This document shows, one piece after another, positions 1-9,817 of a stretch of DNA of 64,000 nucleotides (position 1 is its first letter; every line of letters starts with the position of its first letter). The stretch comes from Spirochaetaceae bacterium UBA5200 (lineage in GTDB: Bacteria > Spirochaetota > Spirochaetia > Treponematales > UBA12059), in assembly GCA_002412825.1 (NCBI GenBank), contig DHVU01000007.1, forward strand, positions 3,066 through 67,065. The letters are read 5' to 3'. The translations under genes and the position numbers were made by a program. The notes under the pieces were generated by a model. The model ran no database searches, was not told the DNA's origin, and saw only the letters and a program-made list of their open reading frames with translations.

Positions 1-741
1 ATGACCATATTCTTCTCCGATATACGCGCCTTTACCGAGCTGTCGGAAGCTCTTACCCCCGAGGAAAGCTTCGCTTTCATAAACTCCTACCTGTCGCGGG
101 TGGTGCCGGTCATTACCGAACACAAGGGCTTCGTGGACAAGTACATGGGCGACGGCATCATGGCTCTGTTCTCGGAAAACGGCGGTTCAGACGATTCCAT
201 AGAATGCGCCATAGCAATACAGCATAAGATACAGGAATATAATGGCCACCGGGCCAAGATGGGTTACCGGCCCATAGCCATGGGCATAGGCATACACACC
301 GGCCCCCTCATGATGGGCGTCGTAGGCGTGCAGGACCGCATGGAAGGCACGGTAATATCGGACTCCGTCAATCTAGCTTCTCGGCTTCAGAGCATAGCCA
401 AGGCCTTCAATATACCGCTGGTCATAAGCGAGCGCACCTTCATGAGCCTTTCGGACCCGGGTAAATATAAATACCGCTTCATAGGCAAGGTACGCGTAAA
501 GGGCAAGGATGCGCCGGTGTCGGTATTCGAGATCTTCGACGGCCTGTCCGAAGAGCTCTTCGAGCGAAAGATGCGCGCAAATACCTTCTTCGAACAGGGC
601 ATGATGGCCTACTATCAGAAGAACTTTAACGACGGCGTATTCTACTTCAAACGCGGCTTAGAGCAGATGCCCGAGGATGGCGCCTCTCGCTTCTACCTCG
701 AAATGTGCCTGCGCAAGAGCATGGCGCCCCGCTCCGTCTGA
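1..741 (+). CDS. class III adenylate/guanylate cyclase, C-terminal part (gene begins upstream of the window)
   Basis: The frame is open from base 1. The product has cyclase-homology-domain motifs (FFSDIRAFT, KYMGDGIMALF, GIHTGP) and resembles the cyclase domain of the 52917-55919 product. The ATG at base 1 lies at the start of the catalytic domain, so it is probably internal. Confidence 0.8.
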   Translation: MTIFFSDIRAFTELSEALTPEESFAFINSYLSRVVPVITEHKGFVDKYMGDGIMALFSENGGSDDSIECAIAIQHKIQEYNGHRAKMGYRPIAMGIGIHTGPLMMGVVGVQDRMEGTVISDSVNLASRLQSIAKAFNIPLVISERTFMSLSDPGKYKYRFIGKVRVKGKDAPVSVFEIFDGLSEELFERKMRANTFFEQGMMAYYQKNFNDGVFYFKRGLEQMPEDGASRFYLEMCLRKSMAPRSV

Positions 742-770
742 GCGCGGCAACGAAAGCAGGAAGGACTCTT

Positions 771-2774
771 ATGACCTCGGCACTTGAATTCGGCGTGGAC
801 TGGTATCCGGAACAGTGGGACGAAACGCTCTGGGACGACGACGCGCGGCGTATGGCTGGCTACGGCTTTAGCGCCGCGCGGATCATGGAATTCGCCTGGA
901 GCATAGTCGAGCCGGCGCCAGGATGCTTTGACTTTACGCTCTTTGATCGGGCCATAGCCTGCCTGGCCAAGGCCGGCCTTAAGGCTATACTGGGCACGCC
1001 GAGCGCCACGGCGCCTATATGGCTGGCCGACGCGCATCCGGACATACTGCGCCTGTCCCCGCTTGGCCGCAGGCACGATTTCGGCGCGCGGCGAAACATC
1101 TGCTACAACGCGCCTGAGTACCGCGCCGCCGCCCGCCGCCTGACGGCGGCCATAGCCGAGCGCTACGGGGCCGACCCGCGCGTGGCAGGCTTCCAAGTAG
1201 ACAATGAAATAGGCCACGAAGGCTCGGACCGTTGCGTGTGCGAGCATTGCCAAGCTGCCTGGGCCCGCTGGCTTGAGCGGAGGCACGGCACGGTAGCCGC
1301 CATGAACGAGCGCTGGGGCGCCGTCTTCTGGAACACCAGCTACGAGCGCTTCGACCAGGTACCGGTACCGCGCGCTCAGCCGGCTACTGGCCATAATCCC
1401 GGGCTGCTCTTAGACTACGACCATTTCTGCTCCGACTCAGCCGTCAGCTTCGCCCGGGAGCAGAGCGATACGCTGCGAGCGAAGGCGGCCCCAAGCCAAT
1501 ACATAACGACCAACCTCTTCCCGCCGCCCTTCTCCAACGCCATCGATATGGAGGAGCTCACCCAGGGCATGGATTTCGCCTCCTGGGACAACTACCCGAT
1601 ATGGGGAGCCCAGGACGAGCCCCTGCCCTGGGCCTTTAACGCGGCGGCGGAAAGCTTCGTGCGCGGCCTGCGCAACAACGCTCCCTACACCGTCATGGAA
1701 GCCATGTCGGGAATACAGGGCCACGTATGCTTAGGCGCCCTGCCGCCTGAAGAACAAGTAGCGCTGTGGTCATTGCAGGCCATTGCGCGCGGGGCAAATC
1801 GCATCGTATTCTTCCGCTGGCGCACCGCCCCCTACGGCCAGGAGCAGCTCTGCTACGGGCTCCTCGACGCGGATAACCAGGAAACGGAGCGCCTGCGCGC
1901 GCTTGCCGTGATGATGAAACGAGCCCAGGCCGAGTTAGGCAGCCTGGCCGGCCTGCCCGTGGCCAGCCCGGTATGCCTTGCCTATTCCAAGGACGACGGG
2001 CGCGTGCTCCGGGAACAGTACCTGTCCAAGGGCCTCTACCTTGAAGCCGCACCTTACGCGCAGGCCGGCTATGACATGGAAGCCGCCAAATGGTTCGCCC
2101 CCTACGCCATATTCGGCGTAAACGCGGACGCCCGCTCCGTGCGGACTATGGCGGCCGAGCTCGAGTCCTATAAGCTCGTCGCGCTGCCCCTCTACCAGAT
2201 GGCCGACCCTGCAATCGCGGACAGGCTTGCCGACTGGGTAGGCCGGGGCGGCAGCCTGGTGCTCGGCTACCGTGCGGGCGCGCGCGACCTGCGCAACCAC
2301 AGCGTTACCCAGAAGCTGCCCGGCGTCTTTACCGAGCTGGCGGGCCTTACCGTGCCGCGCTTCGAGTCGCTCAACCATACCAGCGCCGCCCTGCGGGTGG
2401 GGCTCCTGCCCGCCAAGGGCACGGTGTGGGCAGACCTTATTGAGCCGGAGAGCGCCGTACCGGTGGCCCTATGGAGCGACCGGGCCAAATTTTATCGCGG
2501 CTGCCCGGCGGTGACCGTGAACCGCGTGGGCAAGGGCTCCGTATGGTATATGGGTACCAGCCTCGACCCGGCGGGCATATTCTTCGTGTACAGGCGCATA
2601 CTCAAGGAAGCGGGGCTCAAGCCGCGCTTCTACGGCCAAGACATAGAGCGGGTGCGCCGGGAAGACGATGAAGGCCGCGCCTGGGAACTGTACTTAAACC
2701 ATTCGCCCAAGGCCAAACGCGTAGCCGGCCTCTTGCTGCCGCCCTGGGGCTGGGCCAAAAAGGCCGCCGACTAG
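771..2774 (+). CDS. glycoside hydrolase family 42 beta-galactosidase
   Basis: ORF 705-2774. I chose ATG 771, which is preceded by AGGAAGGA. GH42-type motifs are present (WYPEQW, VDNEIGHEG, Cys cluster CVCEHC). The 705 start would overlap the preceding cyclase gene. Confidence 0.85.
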   Translation: MTSALEFGVDWYPEQWDETLWDDDARRMAGYGFSAARIMEFAWSIVEPAPGCFDFTLFDRAIACLAKAGLKAILGTPSATAPIWLADAHPDILRLSPLGRRHDFGARRNICYNAPEYRAAARRLTAAIAERYGADPRVAGFQVDNEIGHEGSDRCVCEHCQAAWARWLERRHGTVAAMNERWGAVFWNTSYERFDQVPVPRAQPATGHNPGLLLDYDHFCSDSAVSFAREQSDTLRAKAAPSQYITTNLFPPPFSNAIDMEELTQGMDFASWDNYPIWGAQDEPLPWAFNAAAESFVRGLRNNAPYTVMEAMSGIQGHVCLGALPPEEQVALWSLQAIARGANRIVFFRWRTAPYGQEQLCYGLLDADNQETERLRALAVMMKRAQAELGSLAGLPVASPVCLAYSKDDGRVLREQYLSKGLYLEAAPYAQAGYDMEAAKWFAPYAIFGVNADARSVRTMAAELESYKLVALPLYQMADPAIADRLADWVGRGGSLVLGYRAGARDLRNHSVTQKLPGVFTELAGLTVPRFESLNHTSAALRVGLLPAKGTVWADLIEPESAVPVALWSDRAKFYRGCPAVTVNRVGKGSVWYMGTSLDPAGIFFVYRRILKEAGLKPRFYGQDIERVRREDDEGRAWELYLNHSPKAKRVAGLLLPPWGWAKKAAD

Positions 2775-2864
2775 GCTCGCGGGAGCGGCTAAAAAGAGGC
2801 TCGGCTTGACGATGCGCGCGCAACGGTGTAGCCTAGGCATATACACTCCTACAAGGCACGCACG

Positions 2865-4148
2865 ATGAACTATTCGGACCCTACCCGTCTTGGTCTCTTG
2901 GCCTGTCCCGGCGGCGAGCGTTTCGCCGAGCTGGTGGTCCGTCGCCTGTCCACCATATACCGGCGCCGTTTCGAGAGGAAAACGCAGGTATTGGCCGAAC
3001 GCTACCATATATCCAAAGAGCTGGCCACGCGCAAGATCAACTTTGACAACGACATACAATCGTCGCTGCTCTACATACCGGGCAACGTGAACGAATACCG
3101 CGCGCCGCGCTTCAAGGTAAACGCGCGCTTTACCTGGTTCCCTAACGGCGAGATAAAGAGCGAGATCACCGACTCGGTGCGCGGCAAGGATCTCTACATT
3201 TTCCAGGACGTGGAAAATCGCCTGCCTTGCAGCTTCAACGAGGGCAGGGACCAGCGCTGCCTGTCGGTGAATGACCATATCTTTAACCTGATGACCACGA
3301 TAGACGCGGCCATACAGGCGGGAGCGGGCCGCATTACCCTGGTGCTGCCCGCCTACCCCTATTCCCGGCAGCATAAGAAAAAAGGCCGCGAAGGCCTGAC
3401 CGCGGCCCGCTTCGGACAGATCATGGAATACTACGGCGTATCGCGCATCATAACCCTGGACATACATTCCCGCGAGATAGAGAACTGCTTCAACAAGCTG
3501 CGGCTGGAAAACCTCCACGGCTCCTACCAGGTAATCGAGAAGCTGGCGGGCATCATCGACGTGGGCGACGAGAATCTCGTGGTGCTATCGCCGGACACCG
3601 GCGCGGTGGACCGCAATAAATTCTACGCAAGCGCCATGCAGAAACCCCTGGCCCTCATCTACAAAGAGCGCGATTACTCCAAGGTGACCAAGGACGCCAA
3701 CGACACGAATATAACCGAGATGAAGCTCTTAGGAGACATTAGCGGCAAGACGGTGTTCATGGCCGACGATATGCTGGGCACCGGCGGCACCCTGCTCAAG
3801 GCCATGCGCTATCTTAAGGAGCAAGGCGCCCTCAAAGTGATATGCGCCGTTTCGCTGCCCCTCTTCTCGGCCAACGCCGTGGAGGACTTCGACAAGGCTT
3901 ACCGCGAGGGGCACTTCTTCCGTATCATAGGCACCAACGCGGTGCACCACGACGAGCTGCTCAAGAAGGAATGGTACATAGAGGCCGACGTAACCACGCT
4001 CTTCGCGCAGATCATATCGCTGCTCCACCACAACCGCAGCCTCTCGCCCATGCTGGATAACCGCGACCTCATAGCCAAGAAGATTAAGCGTACCATGGCC
4101 GCCCATGCAGCTCAGCAGCCTGCCCAGCCCAACCTGCCCCTAGACTAA
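2865..4148 (+). CDS. prs: ribose-phosphate pyrophosphokinase (PRPP synthetase), long form
   Basis: The 427-aa product has PRPP-synthetase motifs (LPAYPYSRQHKK, SPDTGAVDR, FMADDMLGTGGTL). It is longer than the roughly 315-aa canonical enzyme because of an insertion near the N-terminus. Confidence 0.85.
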   Translation: MNYSDPTRLGLLACPGGERFAELVVRRLSTIYRRRFERKTQVLAERYHISKELATRKINFDNDIQSSLLYIPGNVNEYRAPRFKVNARFTWFPNGEIKSEITDSVRGKDLYIFQDVENRLPCSFNEGRDQRCLSVNDHIFNLMTTIDAAIQAGAGRITLVLPAYPYSRQHKKKGREGLTAARFGQIMEYYGVSRIITLDIHSREIENCFNKLRLENLHGSYQVIEKLAGIIDVGDENLVVLSPDTGAVDRNKFYASAMQKPLALIYKERDYSKVTKDANDTNITEMKLLGDISGKTVFMADDMLGTGGTLLKAMRYLKEQGALKVICAVSLPLFSANAVEDFDKAYREGHFFRIIGTNAVHHDELLKKEWYIEADVTTLFAQIISLLHHNRSLSPMLDNRDLIAKKIKRTMAAHAAQQPAQPNLPLD

Positions 4149-4163
4149 AGCCCGGCGGCCCCC

Positions 4164-4814
4164 GTGCGCATATACAGCCTAACGCGGCCCGTTGCCGCCG
4201 TGCTTTTCGATATAGACGGCACGCTCTACACCAACCCCGACTATGTGAGCTTCCAGGTAGACGTGCTCATCGAAGAGCTGGCGCGCCTCTCCGGCCGCGG
4301 CGTTGAGGCTATGCGCGAGGACATAGAGCATACGCGGCGTTGCCTGGCCGAGGCGGAAGGCAGGACCACCACGAGCCTGGGCAACGCCATGGCCGCCTGG
4401 GGCATAGACATAGAGACGAGCGTGGCCTGGCGCAAGCGCCTTATCGATCCGTCACGATTCCTGGAGCCGGACCCTAAACTTGCCGCCGCCCTTGGCGCGC
4501 TGGCCGACGGCGGTATTAGGCTCGCGGCCGTCACCAACAACCCGCACGCCCTCGGCCGCGCCACCCTGCGGGCGCTCGGCGTGGAAAGCTGCTTTAGCGC
4601 GGTAGTCGGCCTTGACCATACCATGAAGTCGAAGCCGGCGCGCGAGCCCTACGAGCTGGCCGCCCGCCTCGTCGGCCAGCCGCCTGAGCGCTGCCTTTCG
4701 ATAGGAGACCGCTACGACGTGGACCTGGCGCTACCCCTCGAGCTGGGCATGGGCGCTATACTGGTGGACGGCGTCGAAGATCTGTACGGGCTGCCCGGGC
4801 TGCTGCTGGCCTAG
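4164..4814 (+). CDS. HAD-superfamily hydrolase
   Basis: The 216-aa ORF has a GTG start. HAD motif I (FDIDGTLY), a VTNN segment and a C-terminal GDRYDVD motif are present. Confidence 0.7.
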   Translation: MRIYSLTRPVAAVLFDIDGTLYTNPDYVSFQVDVLIEELARLSGRGVEAMREDIEHTRRCLAEAEGRTTTSLGNAMAAWGIDIETSVAWRKRLIDPSRFLEPDPKLAAALGALADGGIRLAAVTNNPHALGRATLRALGVESCFSAVVGLDHTMKSKPAREPYELAARLVGQPPERCLSIGDRYDVDLALPLELGMGAILVDGVEDLYGLPGLLLA

Positions 4815-4867
4815 CTTGCCGCTCCCGGTTTCAAGCCAAGGCCACGAGCCTAGCCTTCTGCCCGCCC

Positions 4868-6538
4868 TTACTTCATCTCCCTGAGCGCCCGAGCCAGGTC
4901 AAAGGCGCCGTCGCCTATCTTCTCTATATGCCGCACTACGTCCATGTAGAGCAGCTCCGTCTTGACATCGGCGCCGGCTTGCATACGCTTGCGCGCCTTC
5001 TTCTTAAGCGCTGAACGGAAATCGTCGATCTGGTCTTCCAAGCGCTGCGCCATATCGAGCTGCTCCTGGCTTATACTCGTATTGATGTTTTCCTGCACGA
5101 AGCGCAGGAAATCCTCTACGAGCAGGGTATAGGGGCCAAGGCTCTCCACCTCGTCAGGGTCAAGGTCGAGCTTGCGCGACTGGGCCTTTTCAAACAGCAT
5201 GATGAGGCTGAAGCAATCGTCGGTAATGTCCTCAAGGTCTATGACCATGCGCAGCATAACGCCTATGTTCGCCTGGCTCAGGGCGTTCATATCATGGCTG
5301 GCGCACTCCATGAGGAAGCGCGACAGTTCCTCGCGCATTTGATCGGCGTAGTTTTCCATATTCTTGAACGACTCAACGTCGTCAGTTAAGTCTGCGGGTT
5401 TTTCCTTAAGGACGGCCCGGAAGCGCGTAAACATGCGGCCGCAGAGCCCGGCCATATCCGATATTTCCTTTTGGGCGCGCATAAGGTTGAGCTCGGGGCT
5501 GTTCATAAGCGGAGCGGCCACGTACTCCAGCTTTTGGAGCATGGATTCCTCGCCGGGGCGCGCCTTCACCATTCTCGTTACCAGCGCGGTCAATTGCTTG
5601 GCGAAGGGCGCGAAGAGTAGAGCGTTAATCAGGTTGAACAGGGTATGCATGAGCGCAATATGCTGCGCAACGGTGGAATCGCCTGCGACGATGTTGACCA
5701 GATTGATAAAGGGCCTGAAGAGTATGATGGCCCATACCGAGCCCAGCACGTTGAAGAGTATGTGGATCATGGCAGCGCGCTTAGCGGCGGTACGCGCGCC
5801 TATAGAAGCCAGGTAGGCGTCTATAGTCGTGCCTATATTGGCGCCGAGCACGAGGCCTGCGGCCATCTCGAAGCCTATGACCCCTTCTACCGCCAGGGTG
5901 ATGATAACGGCCGTGGACGCGCTCGACGAATGCATGAGCACGGTGAGCACGACGCCAGCGGCGGCGGCTATCAGCACCGACAGGGCTCCCATATCGGAGA
6001 GCTCGGCAAGGAAAAACAGCACTTCAGGCGATGGCTTGGGCAGTACGTGCGAAAGGTATTCCAAGCCAAGGAAGAGTATGCCGAAGCCTACCGCCGCCTC
6101 GCCGTAATCGCGCAGGCGAGAGCGGCGCTTAGCGCTCATCATAAAAATAAAGCCCAGGCCTACCATGGGCAGGGCCAGCATGGCCATGCTGAATTTAAAG
6201 CCTACGAGCGAAACGATCCATGCCGTCACGGTAGTACCAATGTTGGCGCCGAAAATAACGCCCGCGGCCTGAGCCACCGTGAGCAGGCCCGCGTTAACGA
6301 AGGATACGACCATGACCGTGGTGGCTGACGATGACTGCACAAGAGCCGTTATGCCAACGCCGGTAAGCAGGGACTTGAAGGTATTGCCGGTCATGGAGTT
6401 GAGCGTATGCTTGAGCTTATCGCCGGCGGCCCGCTGTATGCCCTCGGATAGCACCTTCATGCCGAAGAGGAAGAGGCCGAGCGCCCCCACAAGCTCAATT
6501 ATGGTAACTATGATCGTTATCATGCATATACCTTTCAT
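4868..6538 (-). CDS. Na+/phosphate cotransporter family protein with C-terminal PhoU-like repeats
   Basis: The 556-aa polytopic membrane protein has a duplicated GANIGTT motif and a helical PhoU-like C-terminal half. An alternative start is ATG 6523 (MITIIV...). Confidence 0.85.
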   Translation of the reverse strand: MKGICMITIIVTIIELVGALGLFLFGMKVLSEGIQRAAGDKLKHTLNSMTGNTFKSLLTGVGITALVQSSSATTVMVVSFVNAGLLTVAQAAGVIFGANIGTTVTAWIVSLVGFKFSMAMLALPMVGLGFIFMMSAKRRSRLRDYGEAAVGFGILFLGLEYLSHVLPKPSPEVLFFLAELSDMGALSVLIAAAAGVVLTVLMHSSSASTAVIITLAVEGVIGFEMAAGLVLGANIGTTIDAYLASIGARTAAKRAAMIHILFNVLGSVWAIILFRPFINLVNIVAGDSTVAQHIALMHTLFNLINALLFAPFAKQLTALVTRMVKARPGEESMLQKLEYVAAPLMNSPELNLMRAQKEISDMAGLCGRMFTRFRAVLKEKPADLTDDVESFKNMENYADQMREELSRFLMECASHDMNALSQANIGVMLRMVIDLEDITDDCFSLIMLFEKAQSRKLDLDPDEVESLGPYTLLVEDFLRFVQENINTSISQEQLDMAQRLEDQIDDFRSALKKKARKRMQAGADVKTELLYMDVVRHIEKIGDGAFDLARALREMK

Positions 6539-6693
6539 CGCATAGCGTGCGACATACGCTCAGTTTCCAATCAAGACAGGCAAATTCTGAAGAAAGCAGG
6601 GCTATCAATGTGAGCTTTATATTAAATATCCGTTAATAAGGGAAGGGGTAGGCCCCCTTTGGCAGAAAGAGCCTAAATGCGTATACTAGCGGC

Positions 6694-7074
6694 ATGGCTG
6701 GAATCACCCTTAAAGAACGGGCAAAACGGGCAAAACGCGATGCCATAGCCCTGTATTACGTCCTTTCGGACAAGCGGACGCCCTGGTACGCCAAGGCGGT
6801 GGCGGCCTTTACCGTGGGCTATGCCCTGAGCCCCATAGACATCATACCCGACTTCATACCGATACTCGGTTACCTGGACGACCTCTTGATTGTTCCCGCG
6901 GGTATAGCCTTAGCGCTGCGCCTTACGCCGCCTGCGGTACTATCCGACGCGCGCGCGCGCGCGGAACGTGAAGGATCGGCTCCCGCCCAAGGGCTAGGCC
7001 GCGCAGCCGCCTTCTTCGTGGCCGCCTTTTGGCTGGCCCTTATTATTTTTCTTGTGACGGTGGTTGTTCGATGA
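6694..7074 (+). CDS. DUF1232 (YkvA-like) membrane protein
   Basis: The 126-aa product contains the segment YALSPIDIIPDFIPILGYLDDLLIV, characteristic of DUF1232. Confidence 0.7.
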   Translation: MAGITLKERAKRAKRDAIALYYVLSDKRTPWYAKAVAAFTVGYALSPIDIIPDFIPILGYLDDLLIVPAGIALALRLTPPAVLSDARARAEREGSAPAQGLGRAAAFFVAAFWLALIIFLVTVVVR

Positions 7075-7877
7075 GTACGATGAGCCGCGGAGCGACGCTC
7101 CGCATCCTGCTTTTTCCGGTCTTTGCCTGTATCAGCCCGCTGCTATACGCCGCGCCGGCTTCGGCATACCTTAGCCCCGCCGCCCTACGCTCGCTGGAAG
7201 CCGGAGAAGAATTGCGGGCGGCCAGCGTAGGCAAAGGCGCCAGCCTGTCTATAGCTCCCGACCATCCGGCGGCTACGCGACTGCGAGCCGAGCTTGCAGG
7301 AGAGCTGCCGGATGTGGTCGTTGAGGCGCTCTTCCTGTGGAAAAAACCGAAGAAGGCGGGCATAGAAGACGAAAAGCTTGCGGCCTATAATATTCTGCGT
7401 TCGGTGGGCAGCCTGACGGGCATAGAGTACTACTCGGCCAGCCGCAAGACTATGCGGCTCTTCTACGAGTACTCGAGCCTCGTAAGCGGCCCCGACGGCA
7501 AGCTCGCCCTGCCTGACAGCGCGCTCGGCGCCGTGCCCCTCGCCGAAACCCTGTACGCCAGGCAAAAAGACCTGTCCTTCGGCGATAATATCTACCGCTA
7601 TGAGTTCAGCTCAGGCGAAGACTATGTGCGCTCCCTATCGGTAAACCTGAACACCATGCGTTACGGCATAGTGCCCGTAGCGCAGGCGGAGGGTTTGCGC
7701 GTACGCTCGCTGGCGCTCTTCACCGACGACGCCATACTCTTTTACGCGGTATCAAGCGCCAAGGCCACGGTTGTGCCCGGCGTGCGGGGCAAGCTGGAAG
7801 ATTCATTCGGCAACCGCGCAGAGGCCATTTACGCGTGGTTCGCCGCCAAGGCCGCGCTTGCCTGGCAGAAGCTCTAA
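7071..7877 (+). CDS. hypothetical secreted protein
   Basis: ORF 7029-7877. I chose ATG 7071, which overlaps the upstream stop as ATGA. An N-terminal signal-peptide-like segment is present (ILLFPVFACISPLLYAAPASA). I recognised no family. Confidence 0.6.
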   Translation: MSTMSRGATLRILLFPVFACISPLLYAAPASAYLSPAALRSLEAGEELRAASVGKGASLSIAPDHPAATRLRAELAGELPDVVVEALFLWKKPKKAGIEDEKLAAYNILRSVGSLTGIEYYSASRKTMRLFYEYSSLVSGPDGKLALPDSALGAVPLAETLYARQKDLSFGDNIYRYEFSSGEDYVRSLSVNLNTMRYGIVPVAQAEGLRVRSLALFTDDAILFYAVSSAKATVVPGVRGKLEDSFGNRAEAIYAWFAAKAALAWQKL

Positions 7878-7878
7878 G

Positions 7879-9156
7879 CTACTCGATAAAGAAGGATTTA
7901 CCGATGTCGTTGCGATGCCAGGCGCCTTCGAAAACGACCGCCTTAGCGCCTTCAAGCGCCCTGGCATGCGCTTCGAAGTAATCCGAGCCCAAGCCCACGA
8001 CCGTAAAGCAACGGCCTCCTCCGGTAAGCAGGCTGCCGTCCTTGGCGCGCGCGGTAGCCGCGTGGAACACGAGCCTATTGCCGTCGCATGCAGGCAGAGC
8101 CTTAACGGAAAGCCCCGTGGGATAAGCTTCAGGATAGCCGGGAGCGGCTACGGTAAGCCCTACGGCCGACACGCCGCGGAACTGCGGCTTAAGACCCGCT
8201 ACGCTGCCGCTCGTTACCGCTTCGAACAGGTCGCCTATATCCACAGCCAATAGCGGCACGAGGGACTGCGTCTCGGGGTCGCCGAGGCGCACATTATATT
8301 CAAGCAGTTTTGGGCCGTCTTCGCATACCATGATGCCGAAGAAGAGCACGCCGCGATAGCCAAGCCCCTCTTTTTGCATCTGCTTAAAGCTAGGCGCTAC
8401 TATTTCCCGGTCTATGCGTTCCATCAGGGCTTTATCGGCGGGCGGCACCGGGCATACCGCGCCCATGCCGCCGGTATTGGCGCCTCTGTTGCCGTCAAAG
8501 GCCTTCTTATGGTCCGCGCAGGCGGGTAAAAGGCAATAGTGCTCGCCATCCGTCAGCGCGAATACCGACAGCTCGTAGCCTACGAGGTACTCCTCTACGA
8601 GCAATTCATCGGAGGCCAAGACTGCCTGGGCAAAGGCCCGTAGCTCATTTACGTCATCGGACTCAAGCACGCCTTTGCCGGCCGCCAGGCCGCTCTTCTT
8701 AAGAACGATTTTCCCGGTAAACGGGGCTGAAGGCGCGAGGCTTCCCCTCGTGGCCGTAAGCCAGGCGTCGAAATCTTTGTATGTGGAGAAACGCGCGCTC
8801 ATCGCCGTGGGTATGCCCGCGCGCTCGGTAAATGACCGGGCGAAGGCCTTACTGGACTCAAGCCGCGCCGGACCCGCGCCGGGGCCGAACACCTTGGCCC
8901 CTTCCGCCCGCAGCGCGTCAGCCACGCCGGCGGCAAGGGGTCCTTCTGGCCCGATAACGACGATATCGGCCTTGCAGGCCTTGTATGCTGCGAGTACCGT
9001 GGCTGGATCGCAGGGGTCGCCTTCTATATTATGGGCTATATCCTCGGTGCCGGCATTGCCGGGCAGGCAGAACAAGCCTGCATTGCGCTTGCTGCGCTCG
9101 AAGGCCCAGGCGAGCGCGTGCTCGCGGGCTCCGTTACCTAATAATAATACCTTCAT
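7879..9156 (-). CDS. purD: phosphoribosylamine--glycine ligase
   Basis: The product starts MKVLLLGNGAREHALAWAF at ATG 9156. ATP-grasp PurD motifs run throughout. The 66 extra N-terminal codons in the ORF track run into the purN region and are discarded. Confidence 0.9.
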   Translation of the reverse strand: MKVLLLGNGAREHALAWAFERSKRNAGLFCLPGNAGTEDIAHNIEGDPCDPATVLAAYKACKADIVVIGPEGPLAAGVADALRAEGAKVFGPGAGPARLESSKAFARSFTERAGIPTAMSARFSTYKDFDAWLTATRGSLAPSAPFTGKIVLKKSGLAAGKGVLESDDVNELRAFAQAVLASDELLVEEYLVGYELSVFALTDGEHYCLLPACADHKKAFDGNRGANTGGMGAVCPVPPADKALMERIDREIVAPSFKQMQKEGLGYRGVLFFGIMVCEDGPKLLEYNVRLGDPETQSLVPLLAVDIGDLFEAVTSGSVAGLKPQFRGVSAVGLTVAAPGYPEAYPTGLSVKALPACDGNRLVFHAATARAKDGSLLTGGGRCFTVVGLGSDYFEAHARALEGAKAVVFEGAWHRNDIGKSFFIE

Positions 9157-9247
9157 CGACCGTGCCGCCTTAGGAAGCCCCGAAGATTTTGGAATCGGGG
9201 CTGGTTGTGGTGTTGGCCCGATAATAGCGCGGACGAGCCATACGATG

Positions 9248-9817
9248 CTAGCGCCCGGATACCGGCGCGCCGCCGAGCAGCCCGAGCACCGCGCGTACGT
9301 ACAGTTCGTGCTCGGCGCGATGCACGGCTTCTTCAGTGGCGGCAAGGCTTTCAAGCCGGGGCACGCTATGCTGCGCTATGAGCGCCCCGGTATCCATGCC
9401 CTCGTCCACGAAATGCACGCTTACGCCCAGGGTCCGCTCGCCCGCATCGTACGCGCGGCGAATGGCGTCCATACCGGGCCAGGCTGGAAGCAAGGAGGGG
9501 TGCACATTGACAAGGCGGCCCGCATAGCGCCGTACGAAGGCAGGCCCTAACAGCCGCATATAGCCCGCCAAAGCCACAAGATCCGCGCCTCGCTCCTCTA
9601 GAGCGGCAGCTATGTCCGCCTCGGCCTCGGCGCGGGAGCGCCCGGCGTAGCTAACAAGCAGCGATGGCACGCCCAGGCGCGCGGCGCGCTGCAGAACGGG
9701 CGCGTTCGGTTTATCGCATATAAGCAGCGTCGTTTCGTGGCCGGCGCCGCGCGCCGCAAGCGTCAGGGCCTCGAAATTGCCGCCGTTTCCGCTGGCAAGC
9801 ACCGCGAGCCTAGCCAC
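9248..9817 (-). CDS. purN: phosphoribosylglycinamide formyltransferase
   Basis: The 189-aa product contains LAVLASGNGGNFEAL and NVHPSLLPAWPG (formyltransferase motif). It overlaps the purM stop by 8 nt. Confidence 0.9.
   Translation of the reverse strand: MARLAVLASGNGGNFEALTLAARGAGHETTLLICDKPNAPVLQRAARLGVPSLLVSYAGRSRAEAEADIAAALEERGADLVALAGYMRLLGPAFVRRYAGRLVNVHPSLLPAWPGMDAIRRAYDAGERTLGVSVHFVDEGMDTGALIAQHSVPRLESLAATEEAVHRAEHELYVRAVLGLLGGAPVSGR

Noticed and set aside
2694-3518. 274-aa minus-strand ORF
   Set aside because: It is antisense to the 3' end of the GH42 gene and to prs. It has no motifs and is a typical GC-rich shadow ORF.
8675-9550. 291-aa plus-strand ORF
   Set aside because: It is antisense to purD and purN. 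It is Ala/Pro/Arg-rich with no motifs and is a shadow ORF.
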